The notes beneath the pieces were generated by a model. That model was given only the letters and a program-made list of their open reading frames with translations, had not been told where the DNA came from and made no database searches. Position numbers and translations under genes: made by a program. A DNA stretch of 64,000 nucleotides from positions 46,223-110,222 of IMG/VR virus record IMGVR_UViG_3300025288_000013; one strand, 5' to 3'. Shown one piece after another: positions 49,136 to 58,163 of the stretch; positions within the stretch are counted from its first letter, which is position 1; each line of letters begins with the position of its first letter. Source of the DNA: a virus.

Positions 49136-49834
49136 TTATTTTACCAAATGTCTTACACCATTAATTGTTCTTACCAATCTGAACCCCACTTTTGCACACA
49201 TTTGTTTGAGATATGTTTTTGTTTCCAAATCATTGACATTTATAATCCACAAACCCTTATCGTCTTTCTTAAACTCACAATCTTCTGATATCAGTGTTAT
49301 TAATTTATCTCTTTTGATTCGTTGAGATTTTGTCAAACCCTTAGAATTCGATCTATAATGATTAACAACTTCACTGATATTTGATTGTTTTGATATTGGA
49401 CAGACAAAAATTTGCTTAACGGCATCAAATACACAGCCAAGACTTATGAGTTCTTTTGTGAACCCCCAATTGTAATCATCAAGATTTTCGACAACAAATT
49501 GGTCTTTTGATACAACAATTTTCTTTGGTTCAGAAGTTGGTTTATTTTCATTCATAATAATTGGTTGATTAACTTGGTCCTGTACACAAAACAATTTGTT
49601 GAATTTTTGTTGTAAAATTTCATCAGTGTTTTTCTTACTTTTATAACTGATTTGTATCTTGCAATCACCAACAAATACACCAATGAAAGTTGCTCCAAAG
49701 TTTGTTGTACATGTTTTACCATTCATTAGAAATTCGTGCTTACCATCTGATGCCTCTGATATGTAAAACAAAGATTTCACGAATGGTTTAACCTTATTCG
49801 TGAAATCTGATGGTTTTTTTGTAAATTGTAACAT
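49136..49834 (-). CDS. Hypothetical protein (paralog family C domain)
   Basis: FG..F..KIQISYKSKKNT. Confidence 0.75.
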   Translation of the reverse strand: MLQFTKKPSDFTNKVKPFVKSLFYISEASDGKHEFLMNGKTCTTNFGATFIGVFVGDCKIQISYKSKKNTDEILQQKFNKLFCVQDQVNQPIIMNENKPTSEPKKIVVSKDQFVVENLDDYNWGFTKELISLGCVFDAVKQIFVCPISKQSNISEVVNHYRSNSKGLTKSQRIKRDKLITLISEDCEFKKDDKGLWIINVNDLETKTYLKQMCAKVGFRLVRTINGVRHLVK

Positions 49835-49869
49835 TTTATATAAATTTAATTGGTTTATATAATATACAT

Positions 49870-49886
49870 TGCAAAAATCGTGCCAA
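49870..49886 (-). promoter_or_regulatory. Class I sigma54-type promoter
   Basis: TTGGCACGATTTTTGCA. Confidence 0.8.
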
Positions 49887-49910
49887 GCTTTATGAAAACA
49901 ACTATATTGG

Positions 49911-50246
49911 TTAGAACCATTTATCAGACCATTCTATTCTACTTGAAGATGGTATGTGTGTGTGCAACAGATCTTTTATTTTCTTACAATCAGTAAACCA
50001 AAATCTACCATAAGCATACTTTGATCCAAAATTAATTTTCCTAAGAACAACGCCTTTTATTCTAAAGTGTGAACAATATTGTTTATGGGTAGTTTTTTGT
50101 CCTATCCAATTTCTTGTTGTTTCTATGATAAATATTTGTCTATCAAATTTTTTTACCTCATATATCATAGGAAAGAACAAACTTTTTAATGATGAAATTC
50201 TGCTTGATTTAATCGATAATAATGTGATTTCTTCTTTGTTGTCCAT
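49911..50246 (-). CDS. Hypothetical protein
   Basis: 111 aa. Confidence 0.65.
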   Translation of the reverse strand: MDNKEEITLLSIKSSRISSLKSLFFPMIYEVKKFDRQIFIIETTRNWIGQKTTHKQYCSHFRIKGVVLRKINFGSKYAYGRFWFTDCKKIKDLLHTHIPSSSRIEWSDKWF

Positions 50247-50302
50247 TTTATTATGCTTATTTCTAAGACTTTATTGGTTTATATAGTGTTTTTATGTTTA
50301 CT

Positions 50303-50319
50303 TACAAAAATCATGCCAA
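50303..50319 (-). promoter_or_regulatory. Class I promoter variant TTGGCATGATTTTTGTA
   Basis: Two mismatches; same position just after a stop codon. Confidence 0.65.
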
Positions 50320-50322
50320 AAT

Positions 50323-50631
50323 CTATCCATCCAAACAATCAAATACTTCTGTTATGACTTCCCAGATGTTTTTACCTATTTTGGTTTCAAACTCTACGTG
50401 ATTAATATTAAGTTGTTTGAGAATGTCTTCTTGTATTTCTGCTCTCACTTGACTTTCTGCTTCACCTCGACCAGTTTCTTGATATGCTTCGTGTTCATCT
50501 GAATATTCATCTTCCCAATCATCGTCCAAATAATCTAAAGATGCTTCGTCGATTCTATGAAGCAAGCCATCTTCTGCATAATTAACAGTTAGATATGCTT
50601 TTATTGATTCTTCAGTTAATTCTATTTTCAT
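50323..50631 (-). CDS. Acidic hypothetical protein
   Basis: 102 aa, D/E-rich. Confidence 0.7.
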   Translation of the reverse strand: MKIELTEESIKAYLTVNYAEDGLLHRIDEASLDYLDDDWEDEYSDEHEAYQETGRGEAESQVRAEIQEDILKQLNINHVEFETKIGKNIWEVITEVFDCLDG

Positions 50632-50635
50632 AATT

Positions 50636-51040
50636 TTAATGTTTACCTAATAATTCTTGATCAATTTCACAACTTAGTAACTGATTTTTATTAATTGCTT
50701 TATGCTCACTATCACAAATGATGAACCCTTTATCGGTTCTATAGATTCTCAAATATTTTAGTGACCAATTTTTGAATCTTCTATCATTAGTTTTTAATAT
50801 AAGACATCGCCACCCACCCTTTCCGCCAGATCCATCAAATAATCTATCAAGTATTTTAACAACTTCATCCCTTGTACAAAAGAAATGATCGTACTTCTGA
50901 ATAATTCTTATATCTTTGTGTTGTTCCTCACTAAAATGATAACCAGAGTGGAAATCCCTCGTGTCCACACTAAACCTATTATTCTTTGGGCAATCCCAAT
51001 CAATATCTTTGTAAAATACCCATTCATCTTTTTCTTCCAT
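50636..51040 (-). CDS. Hypothetical protein
   Basis: 134 aa from MEEKDEW. Confidence 0.7.
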   Translation of the reverse strand: MEEKDEWVFYKDIDWDCPKNNRFSVDTRDFHSGYHFSEEQHKDIRIIQKYDHFFCTRDEVVKILDRLFDGSGGKGGWRCLILKTNDRRFKNWSLKYLRIYRTDKGFIICDSEHKAINKNQLLSCEIDQELLGKH

Positions 51041-51124
51041 TTTAATTAAATTTAGACACAATAATGATAGACATCTGAAATATTGCTTGTTTTTGTTATA
51101 TGTGGATTACACACTGTTTCAATT

Positions 51125-51280
51125 TCAAAGTATTGCTTTCTGTTTATCATTACACAGTATGCTTTTGTGTTTAATTTTTTTGTGTCCAATTTTTAGATAA
51201 CCATTCTTTTTCAAATGTTCATCAACCTCTTTTTTGTTTGAATTTTTTGTGTCAAAAACAAAATTTAATGTTTCTATCAT
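51125..51280 (-). CDS. 51-aa protein ending CTT TGA; +1 frame continues to 51052
   Basis: ATGA overlap with upstream gene. Confidence 0.5.
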   Translation of the reverse strand: MIETLNFVFDTKNSNKKEVDEHLKKNGYLKIGHKKIKHKSILCNDKQKAIL

Positions 51281-51657
51281 TGTTTGTTTTTTAATTCTCG
51301 TTCAAATTTTATCATATCAAGATATGACATAAGCATCTTTTTATTTTTAACTTCATCAGTTTCATCATCACTTGATTCTATTGGTTCAACCACTATTATT
51401 GCGTTTAACGCATTCTTATAACCGCCAATCAATTCAAATTTTTCATTGATTCTTTTTATATCAACACTTAACCTTTGTAATCTTGTTCTTATATCTTTCA
51501 AAACAGAATAATCCATTTTCTTGAAAGATTTCAATTTGTTATCAAAATCATATTTTATTATATCAAGATTTTTTAATTCATGTTTTATTGTGAATAATTC
51601 ATCTTCAACTTCATAAGCCAATTTTTTCCTCAATAATTTCATGTTTGAATTTCCCAT
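51277..51657 (-). CDS. Coiled-coil hypothetical protein
   Basis: 126 aa. Confidence 0.65.
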   Translation of the reverse strand: MGNSNMKLLRKKLAYEVEDELFTIKHELKNLDIIKYDFDNKLKSFKKMDYSVLKDIRTRLQRLSVDIKRINEKFELIGGYKNALNAIIVVEPIESSDDETDEVKNKKMLMSYLDMIKFERELKNKQ

Positions 51658-51659
51658 AA

Positions 51660-51896
51660 CTATTCAGGTTTTGTATAATTATGTTGTCCATACGTAAGAA
51701 TACTACTTGGTTTTATTAATGAATGTGACATAACTGTTAAACCTTTATATGATGGATTTCTACCTTTATATCTACTGTGTCTTTCTACCTTGTGTATTCT
51801 TATTTCATTGGATTTCCATATACAACAAGTACTCACATTTATTTGTCGTTTAAGTTCTTTCTTAATTTTGCGTGGTATTCGTTTTATCTTTTCCAT
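51660..51896 (-). CDS. Basic hypothetical protein
   Basis: RIPRK.KK motif. Confidence 0.6.
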   Translation of the reverse strand: MEKIKRIPRKIKKELKRQINVSTCCIWKSNEIRIHKVERHSRYKGRNPSYKGLTVMSHSLIKPSSILTYGQHNYTKPE

Positions 51897-51898
51897 AA

Positions 51899-53755
51899 TT
51901 AAAATAATGAATCGTTTTTAACTTCTTTCTTTATAAACTCGTTTTCTAATTCTACCAATGTTATTATTGGTAACCCATTAGCCTTTGCCTTTCTTGTTTT
52001 ACCACTAACAATGTTTTCATTCAATCTCACTACATGTGTCACAGAGTTGTTCCAATTGTCTTGTATTTTGTGACCAGCATTTTCAATAGCTTCAGCTAAT
52101 TTTCCATGAAATCTGCAATTAGTCGGACAATACACATGACCAATAAAATCTTTATCACTTATCGGTTTCTTTATAATGTACCCAAGACTTTCAACTTGTT
52201 TTTTAAATTCCTCATATTTCAATAAACCTTTATCAATTGTACTTGTTGCAAAACTACCAAGACCCTTTGCCTCTATTCCATCAAGTAAATATAATTTTAG
52301 TTTAGTACTACCAAGATTAGGGAAAAAGCCACTTGCAGCCATAAATGTGTGTTCATCAATACCATTTATTGATTTGTTTAATTCGTTTTTAAGTGTTTCA
52401 GCGGTTTTATTACCAAATCCATCATCATTGATAAGTTTGTTAAAATCAAATAAAATCAATTTACTGATTGTATCAATACCATGACTATCAAACATATGTT
52501 CAAGTGTACTTATTCCAAATCCTTTAGCCTTTGTTTTTGTAACAAAATGTTCCATAAGTCTAATGCTTATACCTTTGTTTTGTGAATTGTCTGCAGCTTT
52601 TATGCAAACACCATCCCAAAAGTATTTAAAATCTGGTTCATTGTACTTATCTTGGAAATCTTTTGGAAAGAAATAGATATCTCTGATTTCATCTATTGTA
52701 TGGTTCTTAGAAACTTTTAATAATTCTTTTCTATTTGGTATTTCAACATCTTCAACTGAAACAAGTCTTGGAATTATACCGCCAGATTTTTTCAAACCAA
52801 TTTTAGTTCCAATACCCATTCCAAAGATTTTTACAAACAATTCATTATCAACATTTATATTGGTGATATTAGAACCATCAATGACTGTCGGTTTTATGTT
52901 TAATACAGGGTTGTATACACCATTCTTCGATATTTGTCTTGTTATTCCAATAATTTCTGATTCATAGATATCATCAAATGAAACATGTTTGTATGCCTTT
53001 GATGCTTTTGGATTAATTGTACCAGTTTCACACCCTTGATGTTTACTATTATCAATCAAATCAATAACAACACCATCACAAGGATAAAGCTTCTTCCATG
53101 AATAAAAAACATCTGAAAGAAGTTCATGTGTTAAATCTTTTGAATGAATTGTTTTGAAGATTGTTGAAGATTGTTTCCAATCATTACCGTCATTACCACA
53201 TTTATCAAATGGTACAAATTCAACAAATGACATCAGTTCTTTACTTGGACTTTTTGAATTAAACAGACCGGCAACAGCGTTTCGTGGGTGACTATACTCT
53301 AATGGTTTAAAATGTTTTTCAAAGTTTTCATTTGATATAACAGCCTCACCTCTAAAATAATCTTCTTGAGATAAATGGTGTGATGCGTTTTGGATCAACA
53401 TGAATTGATTGGTAACGATTGTACCTGTTATACCATTTTCGTTTTTTGACATAGCATGACAATTTCCCACTTCTATACTTATACCATCAAGCTTCGGACT
53501 TAATGTCACCATGTCATCATACCCATTTAACCATTTTTTTGTTTCTTCTATTGTTTTTAATTTCTTTAACGAACCCATTTGATGTGGAAGTTTTATAACA
53601 CTTCCATAAGCATAACTTGCCTCAATATCTGGTTTACTACCAAATTCTATGATATACATTTCAACCAATCTGTCGAATTCATAATCAGAAATTTTTGGGA
53701 TTCCTAAACGATAAAGAGTATTATGAGTTATTATTTGTTCTAACAAATTTTCCAT
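51899..53755 (-). CDS. ligA: NAD-dependent DNA ligase
   Basis: Y..G.P.ISD.EFD, MGSL.K, KLDG, RGE, PRN.VAG, DGVVI, OB/HhH, BRCT-like C terminus; start after class I promoter. Confidence 0.93.
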   Translation of the reverse strand: MENLLEQIITHNTLYRLGIPKISDYEFDRLVEMYIIEFGSKPDIEASYAYGSVIKLPHQMGSLKKLKTIEETKKWLNGYDDMVTLSPKLDGISIEVGNCHAMSKNENGITGTIVTNQFMLIQNASHHLSQEDYFRGEAVISNENFEKHFKPLEYSHPRNAVAGLFNSKSPSKELMSFVEFVPFDKCGNDGNDWKQSSTIFKTIHSKDLTHELLSDVFYSWKKLYPCDGVVIDLIDNSKHQGCETGTINPKASKAYKHVSFDDIYESEIIGITRQISKNGVYNPVLNIKPTVIDGSNITNINVDNELFVKIFGMGIGTKIGLKKSGGIIPRLVSVEDVEIPNRKELLKVSKNHTIDEIRDIYFFPKDFQDKYNEPDFKYFWDGVCIKAADNSQNKGISIRLMEHFVTKTKAKGFGISTLEHMFDSHGIDTISKLILFDFNKLINDDGFGNKTAETLKNELNKSINGIDEHTFMAASGFFPNLGSTKLKLYLLDGIEAKGLGSFATSTIDKGLLKYEEFKKQVESLGYIIKKPISDKDFIGHVYCPTNCRFHGKLAEAIENAGHKIQDNWNNSVTHVVRLNENIVSGKTRKAKANGLPIITLVELENEFIKKEVKNDSLF

Positions 53756-53789
53756 TTTATATAATTTAATTGGTTTATATAATATACAT

Positions 53790-53806
53790 TGCAAAAATCG
53801 TGCCAA
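53790..53806 (-). promoter_or_regulatory. Class I sigma54-type promoter
   Basis: TTGGCACGATTTTTGCA. Confidence 0.8.
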
Positions 53807-53819
53807 GCTTTATTAGAAA

Positions 53820-54518
53820 TCACAAAACATTATTCATAATGAAACCAACAAGGCTATTATCAACAATATATTGGTCACGTGCTCGTGCTGCTTCAAATTC
53901 TGTGTCAAATACGCCAAAACGAACACGTTTCTTATTAACATTTATTGATGATTCCCACCTCTTTTTTGATCTGTTTACACCAATATATTTGCTACCTGTT
54001 CCACCTCTTTTTCTTTGATTTCTACTCTGAATTATGTTTGTAGTCCACCTACAATTAGATGGTTCATAGTTACCATCATTATCAATTCTATCAATTGACA
54101 AACCTTTTTTGTAACCATTGCCCATTGCCCAATCATAAAAGGCTTTAAAATCATTTTTCCACTCCTCACAAACAGTTATTCCACGACCACCATATATTTT
54201 AAATGATTTATCGTTTTTATTGTAACATCTTTGTATGATGCTATTTAATATCAAATACAATGGATGCTTACTTAAACCATGTGTCATGTTTATCGGTGGT
54301 GGTTTTTTTATGCATCCACAAGATTTTGATCCATTTGTTCTTACATGTGTCATTGTAGTAATCCATCTGTTTCCACAATGACATTCAAATAACGCTTTTT
54401 TCCTTTTTCCTCCTCTTGGATAAATATGTGGTTCAACTTCTTTTATAAATTTTATGTTATTATCACCAATTATTTGATTTTCTTTATATTCTGTTGATTT
54501 TTTCATTGTTTTATTCAT
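53820..54518 (-). CDS. HNH-type homing endonuclease with AP2 domain
   Basis: C.CG, SCGC, YGGRGI.VC.EW, SIDRIDNDGNYEPSNCRW, SKY.GV..G.FDT..EAARA.D. Confidence 0.88.
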   Translation of the reverse strand: MNKTMKKSTEYKENQIIGDNNIKFIKEVEPHIYPRGGKRKKALFECHCGNRWITTMTHVRTNGSKSCGCIKKPPPINMTHGLSKHPLYLILNSIIQRCYNKNDKSFKIYGGRGITVCEEWKNDFKAFYDWAMGNGYKKGLSIDRIDNDGNYEPSNCRWTTNIIQSRNQRKRGGTGSKYIGVNRSKKRWESSINVNKKRVRFGVFDTEFEAARARDQYIVDNSLVGFIMNNVL

Positions 54519-54525
54519 GTGTGTA

Positions 54526-54735
54526 TTAGAAAAATCTTCTTGATTTCATTATGTTTTCATTGTACCCCAATTCATATGTTTGCATCAACTCTCTAAAATG
54601 TTTTTCTGTGTATTTTGGCGGTTGATTGTTTATCTCCATTTCTTTGTTAGCAACTTTCATTGCTTCAAGTTCTATCATTGCTGCAGCAAAATCATTTAGT
54701 TGTTTTGCATGTTCTTGTAATTGAAAAGCTTCCAT
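54526..54735 (-). CDS. Hypothetical protein
   Basis: 69 aa. Confidence 0.65.
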   Translation of the reverse strand: MEAFQLQEHAKQLNDFAAAMIELEAMKVANKEMEINNQPPKYTEKHFRELMQTYELGYNENIMKSRRFF

Positions 54736-54869
54736 AGATTTTATGTTTAAAAAAGAGGTATCGACATCATATAATATCTAAGTCTTTAATATCGAAAATC
54801 CACAAATAACAAACAAAATTGCTCTCTTAGAATTATTTGTCTGTAACTTTTGTTTCATGTTTCCCTCTT

Positions 54870-55934
54870 TTATAGGTGTTTGTTTGCTAAGGTTTTAATT
54901 TCTTCATCCATATCATCATCGCATAAATCTTCTATATACAATGAACTTTGACCTCGTTTTGCGAATTCGTGTATATCAAATTCTTTCAATGTTAAGGATT
55001 CTATTATTTCTTCTCTAACTTCAGCTATCATGTCATTAACTCTGTCTTGTATGGCTTCGAGAGATTTCATTTTTATATAACTCTCTTTAATAAATGATTT
55101 ATATAAATTTTCATCAATAAACTCTTTTAAGTTTTCTACAAATATATCTCTTATTTGTTTTGTGCTAAATGCATCAAGTTCAAGACCTTTCTCTTCTCCA
55201 TCTATGCCGCCAGTTCTATCCATCCATTTTTTGATATTAGCTTTCTTGGGCGAATACATGTTTTGTCTAACTTCATCATAAGATAACTGATCAGGCGTTA
55301 TACCAATTCTATGTGTAATAATTTCACACCGTTTATCCATTGATAATAATATATCTCTTGCTTGTTTTTCCAATGCCTCTGCTATATAATAACCAGCTGG
55401 GTCATAGTCGGTCATAGTTAAAATATAGATAGTGTCGTGGTGTCTGTTATTTCTAAACATACCATGTATTATAGATTCCATAGCCCCCAAACTGTTTTGA
55501 CCTTTACAAGAAATCGAACTACAGCCATATAATGTTGCTATATCAGATATGATTTGATAAACGGTATCTTTCTCTGTTGCTATTAATATGTTTGGATATG
55601 GTGTTGCGTTTCCTTTGTATGAATAGGTATCTGAATCAATGCTATAATAGACTTCTCTTGGATTTGACTTTTGTCTTGATATGTCCTTTATACCCAAATC
55701 TTCAAATTTTAATAAACCTTTTCTAAGCAAATCGCAAACGTAATTAGAGAGCGTTGCATCCCAACGCTTCAATGAATCCTCTTCTTGATCGCTTTCGTCT
55801 AACAAACCAAGTTTGTCAAGTGTCGGTTTTATTGCAGAATACCATACTCCTCTAAGAGTACGAATTTCATGTTTGTTGCAGTGTTCAAGTTCATTCATAA
55901 TAAGAGAACGCATTTGTGTAAAATGGCACTTCAT
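54870..55934 (-). CDS. Topo VI-A/Spo11-like Toprim protein (N terminus possibly frameshifted from 56061)
   Basis: TLRG.WY, EKD, KG, TDYDPAG..I, ELDA. Confidence 0.75.
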   Translation of the reverse strand: MKCHFTQMRSLIMNELEHCNKHEIRTLRGVWYSAIKPTLDKLGLLDESDQEEDSLKRWDATLSNYVCDLLRKGLLKFEDLGIKDISRQKSNPREVYYSIDSDTYSYKGNATPYPNILIATEKDTVYQIISDIATLYGCSSISCKGQNSLGAMESIIHGMFRNNRHHDTIYILTMTDYDPAGYYIAEALEKQARDILLSMDKRCEIITHRIGITPDQLSYDEVRQNMYSPKKANIKKWMDRTGGIDGEEKGLELDAFSTKQIRDIFVENLKEFIDENLYKSFIKESYIKMKSLEAIQDRVNDMIAEVREEIIESLTLKEFDIHEFAKRGQSSLYIEDLCDDDMDEEIKTLANKHL

Positions 55935-56061
55935 GAGTCTTACCCTTATTTTTACCAGATGTTATAACTTTTGTTTCAGTACCCTCTGGAAAGTATTCTA
56001 ACAACTGTTCACGTGTCATATACTTACAATACATTGGTAATTTTACATACAATGAACTCAT
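55891..56061 (-). CDS. 56-aa ORF, probable N-terminal part of the Toprim gene
   Basis: ATGA-coupled to upstream gene; overlaps the Toprim ORF, which lies in the +1 frame. Confidence 0.5.
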   Translation of the reverse strand: MSSLYVKLPMYCKYMTREQLLEYFPEGTETKVITSGKNKGKTHEVPFYTNAFSYYE

Positions 56062-56642
56062 AACTTAAACTTTTTATCAATTTTACCTATTTCAACCAAA
56101 TAATTAACAATACTTCTTGCGTAACTCCAGGTGTGCCACGAATAATAGCTGTCAGAACTATCCATATCAACAATATCTTTAATAATAAGTCTATAGCCTG
56201 TTTTACCAACATATCTATTGTTGACATAAACTCTACCTTTGGATCTGTGTTCAACAGTATTATGACTTTCTGATAATGAGTGTTCAACATTCAATCTTTT
56301 ATATGCAGTTAATCTGTGTCCACCATCAAAAAACTTATCACCATTTAAAATAATTGGGTCTAATTTCATTCCATTTCTAAGTAACGAAATTAAATACTCA
56401 ACATTTTTTTCTGAAATACCCCAACGCATTCGTTTTAATTCATCATAAAGTTCGTTAGTATTTCTATATTGTATTTTAAATTTTGGTTGATAATTTTTAA
56501 TTAAATCGTCTATTGCATCTTTTAAAGCATTTGGATTCCAATAGTTTTTTTCAACGTATTTGTTATAATCATAAACATTTTCAGTTATATCATTTTTAAC
56601 AGAGTTTGATAAATTTTCCCATGCCAATATTCTTGTTTCCAT
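56058..56642 (-). CDS. ParB/Srx-like domain protein
   Basis: V..L...L..G..LDPIIL......DG.HRL.A. Confidence 0.65.
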   Translation of the reverse strand: METRILAWENLSNSVKNDITENVYDYNKYVEKNYWNPNALKDAIDDLIKNYQPKFKIQYRNTNELYDELKRMRWGISEKNVEYLISLLRNGMKLDPIILNGDKFFDGGHRLTAYKRLNVEHSLSESHNTVEHRSKGRVYVNNRYVGKTGYRLIIKDIVDMDSSDSYYSWHTWSYARSIVNYLVEIGKIDKKFKL

Positions 56643-56904
56643 AAAATTCTAAATTATTTCATAATTTTGTTTCATTTTTCATTGCATCATCTATTATTTT
56701 TTCTACAAATTCTTCAATTTCATCAGCAAAATCAATACATATTCTATCAAGTGCTGTTTTCTTTGTCATTTTTGTGTCTTTTGATAGCAGTCAATAAAAT
56801 ATCAAACAACTGATCCCCATTGTGGTTTTCAACAATAGCATTATCAAAAGTGTCTAACTCCATTGTAACAGTTATACCATCTGTAATTGTTATATCGTGT
56901 TTCA

Positions 56905-57078
56905 TTAGTTTTTACAAAATGTTAGTTTTATCATAACAACACTATCAGATGAAGTTATTTGTTTTCTTAAAGTTTCGAATTTAGTTGTGTTATCACTAAA
57001 TCTTGACACAGTTGCAACTCTTTCGTTGTTATGTGCCATTGAACTATTTCGTCTTATACGTTTTATCTTGATTTCCAT
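56905..57078 (-). CDS. 57-aa protein
   Basis: Follows class II promoter; coupled to further small ORFs. Confidence 0.5.
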   Translation of the reverse strand: MEIKIKRIRRNSSMAHNNERVATVSRFSDNTTKFETLRKQITSSDSVVMIKLTFCKN

Positions 57079-57091
57079 GATTTTTTAATTT

Positions 57092-58105
57092 TTACCATAA
57101 ACCACAATGTTTATGTGTTGTTACTTTTATATTGCTGTCTGACATGCCAGACAATAAAAAACTTATTAATTTTACGGTCCATCCGTTTCCTATCATTTCT
57201 CTTCTTCTTGTATCGCTAACAGCCTTTGTGTAGTTGTCTGGTACAGTTTGGATTCTTTCATGTTCTATGGGAGTTAAATTTCTGGCTTTTATTTTTTCAT
57301 ATAGTTCTTTTGTTAAGACCAGATCACAAACATTTTTATCAAACAAATGCCTATATTCTTCATTTATTATGTTTGGTATGCTTGTTCCACTCTGACCAGC
57401 CATAAGCGTTCTCGATTTTTGGTTTCTGTGCAATGGTATTCTTGACATAAATTTTGATTTCATGTTGCCCTCGACACCAGCCATAGTTTTGTAATATTTT
57501 TTGTCAACTTCTTTTTCTAAAATGTCTTCCAGAACCAAATCGCATGTTTGTTCTTCCAAACCATAAATGGGCATGTTGGTCCAGTACAATCTTTTTCTGT
57601 TTTGTGGTGAGAATCTATTACTGTTTATCATGACTGGCTGAACGCCAATTGTTTTAGTTATGATGTCTTTCCATTTTTTTGGCATCATAACATTTTCCAA
57701 CAAAAAGTATTTTGGCTTCTTTGTCTTTATTATGTGCACGTACTCCCAAAAAAGATATGACATACCATTAAACACACAACCATTATTCTTCATTCTAATA
57801 TACTCTTCGTATGATTCTCCTATAAGACCATTAAAATTACCATCGTTTATAGAATTTTGGAATGACAAATTTGTGCAAGGACTTCCACCCATAAACAAGT
57901 CTATGTTGTCTATGTTGTCTAGATTCACATGCCTAATGTCACCAAGTTGTATTGTGTTTGGATAATTATCTTGTGTTACTTTTATTGAGTATGGATTTAT
58001 TTCTATTGCATAGTAATTTTCATACTCAATATTTTGGTCATTTAGTGCTATTTGTCCACAACTCATACCATCAAAAGCACTAACAACATTTTTTAATTTT
58101 ATCAT
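57092..58105 (-). CDS. dcm: DNA (cytosine-5)-methyltransferase
   Basis: S.FDG.SCG, GGSPC, LLENV, QNRKRLYW, GNGW. Confidence 0.93.
   Translation of the reverse strand: MIKLKNVVSAFDGMSCGQIALNDQNIEYENYYAIEINPYSIKVTQDNYPNTIQLGDIRHVNLDNIDNIDLFMGGSPCTNLSFQNSINDGNFNGLIGESYEEYIRMKNNGCVFNGMSYLFWEYVHIIKTKKPKYFLLENVMMPKKWKDIITKTIGVQPVMINSNRFSPQNRKRLYWTNMPIYGLEEQTCDLVLEDILEKEVDKKYYKTMAGVEGNMKSKFMSRIPLHRNQKSRTLMAGQSGTSIPNIINEEYRHLFDKNVCDLVLTKELYEKIKARNLTPIEHERIQTVPDNYTKAVSDTRRREMIGNGWTVKLISFLLSGMSDSNIKVTTHKHCGLW
57097..57125 (-). promoter_or_regulatory. Class II promoter variant AGTAAC-N17-GTTTAT (direct-repeat copy)
   Basis: 27/28 identical to 58123-58150. Confidence 0.6.
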
Positions 58106-58122
58106 AAATCGTCCTTTTAATG

Positions 58123-58151
58123 ATAAACTACAATGTTTATGTGTTGTTACA
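58123..58151 (-). promoter_or_regulatory. Class II promoter TGTAAC-N17-GTTTAT
   Basis: 18 bp upstream of the MTase ATG. Confidence 0.75.
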
Positions 58152-58163
58152 ACCATTATTTAA

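Noticed and set aside
53756-53806. ORF-track N-terminal extensions (ligase; also 58106-58156, 33894-34025, 37864-37926)
   Set aside because: They run through promoter motifs or the tRNA-like element; downstream ATGs are better starts.
37651-53813. Repeated 25-60-bp motif as a CRISPR array or integron attC sites
   Set aside because: Copies are dispersed, separated by whole genes, not palindromic and match a promoter consensus; no cas or integrase gene in the window.
53820-54518. Homing endonuclease as part of a self-splicing intron
   Set aside because: The flanking genes are complete and no intron core is visible; it appears free-standing.
56659-56769. Suspected frameshift in the small ORF upstream of the ParB-like gene
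   Set aside because: On re-reading it is an intact 36-aa frame.
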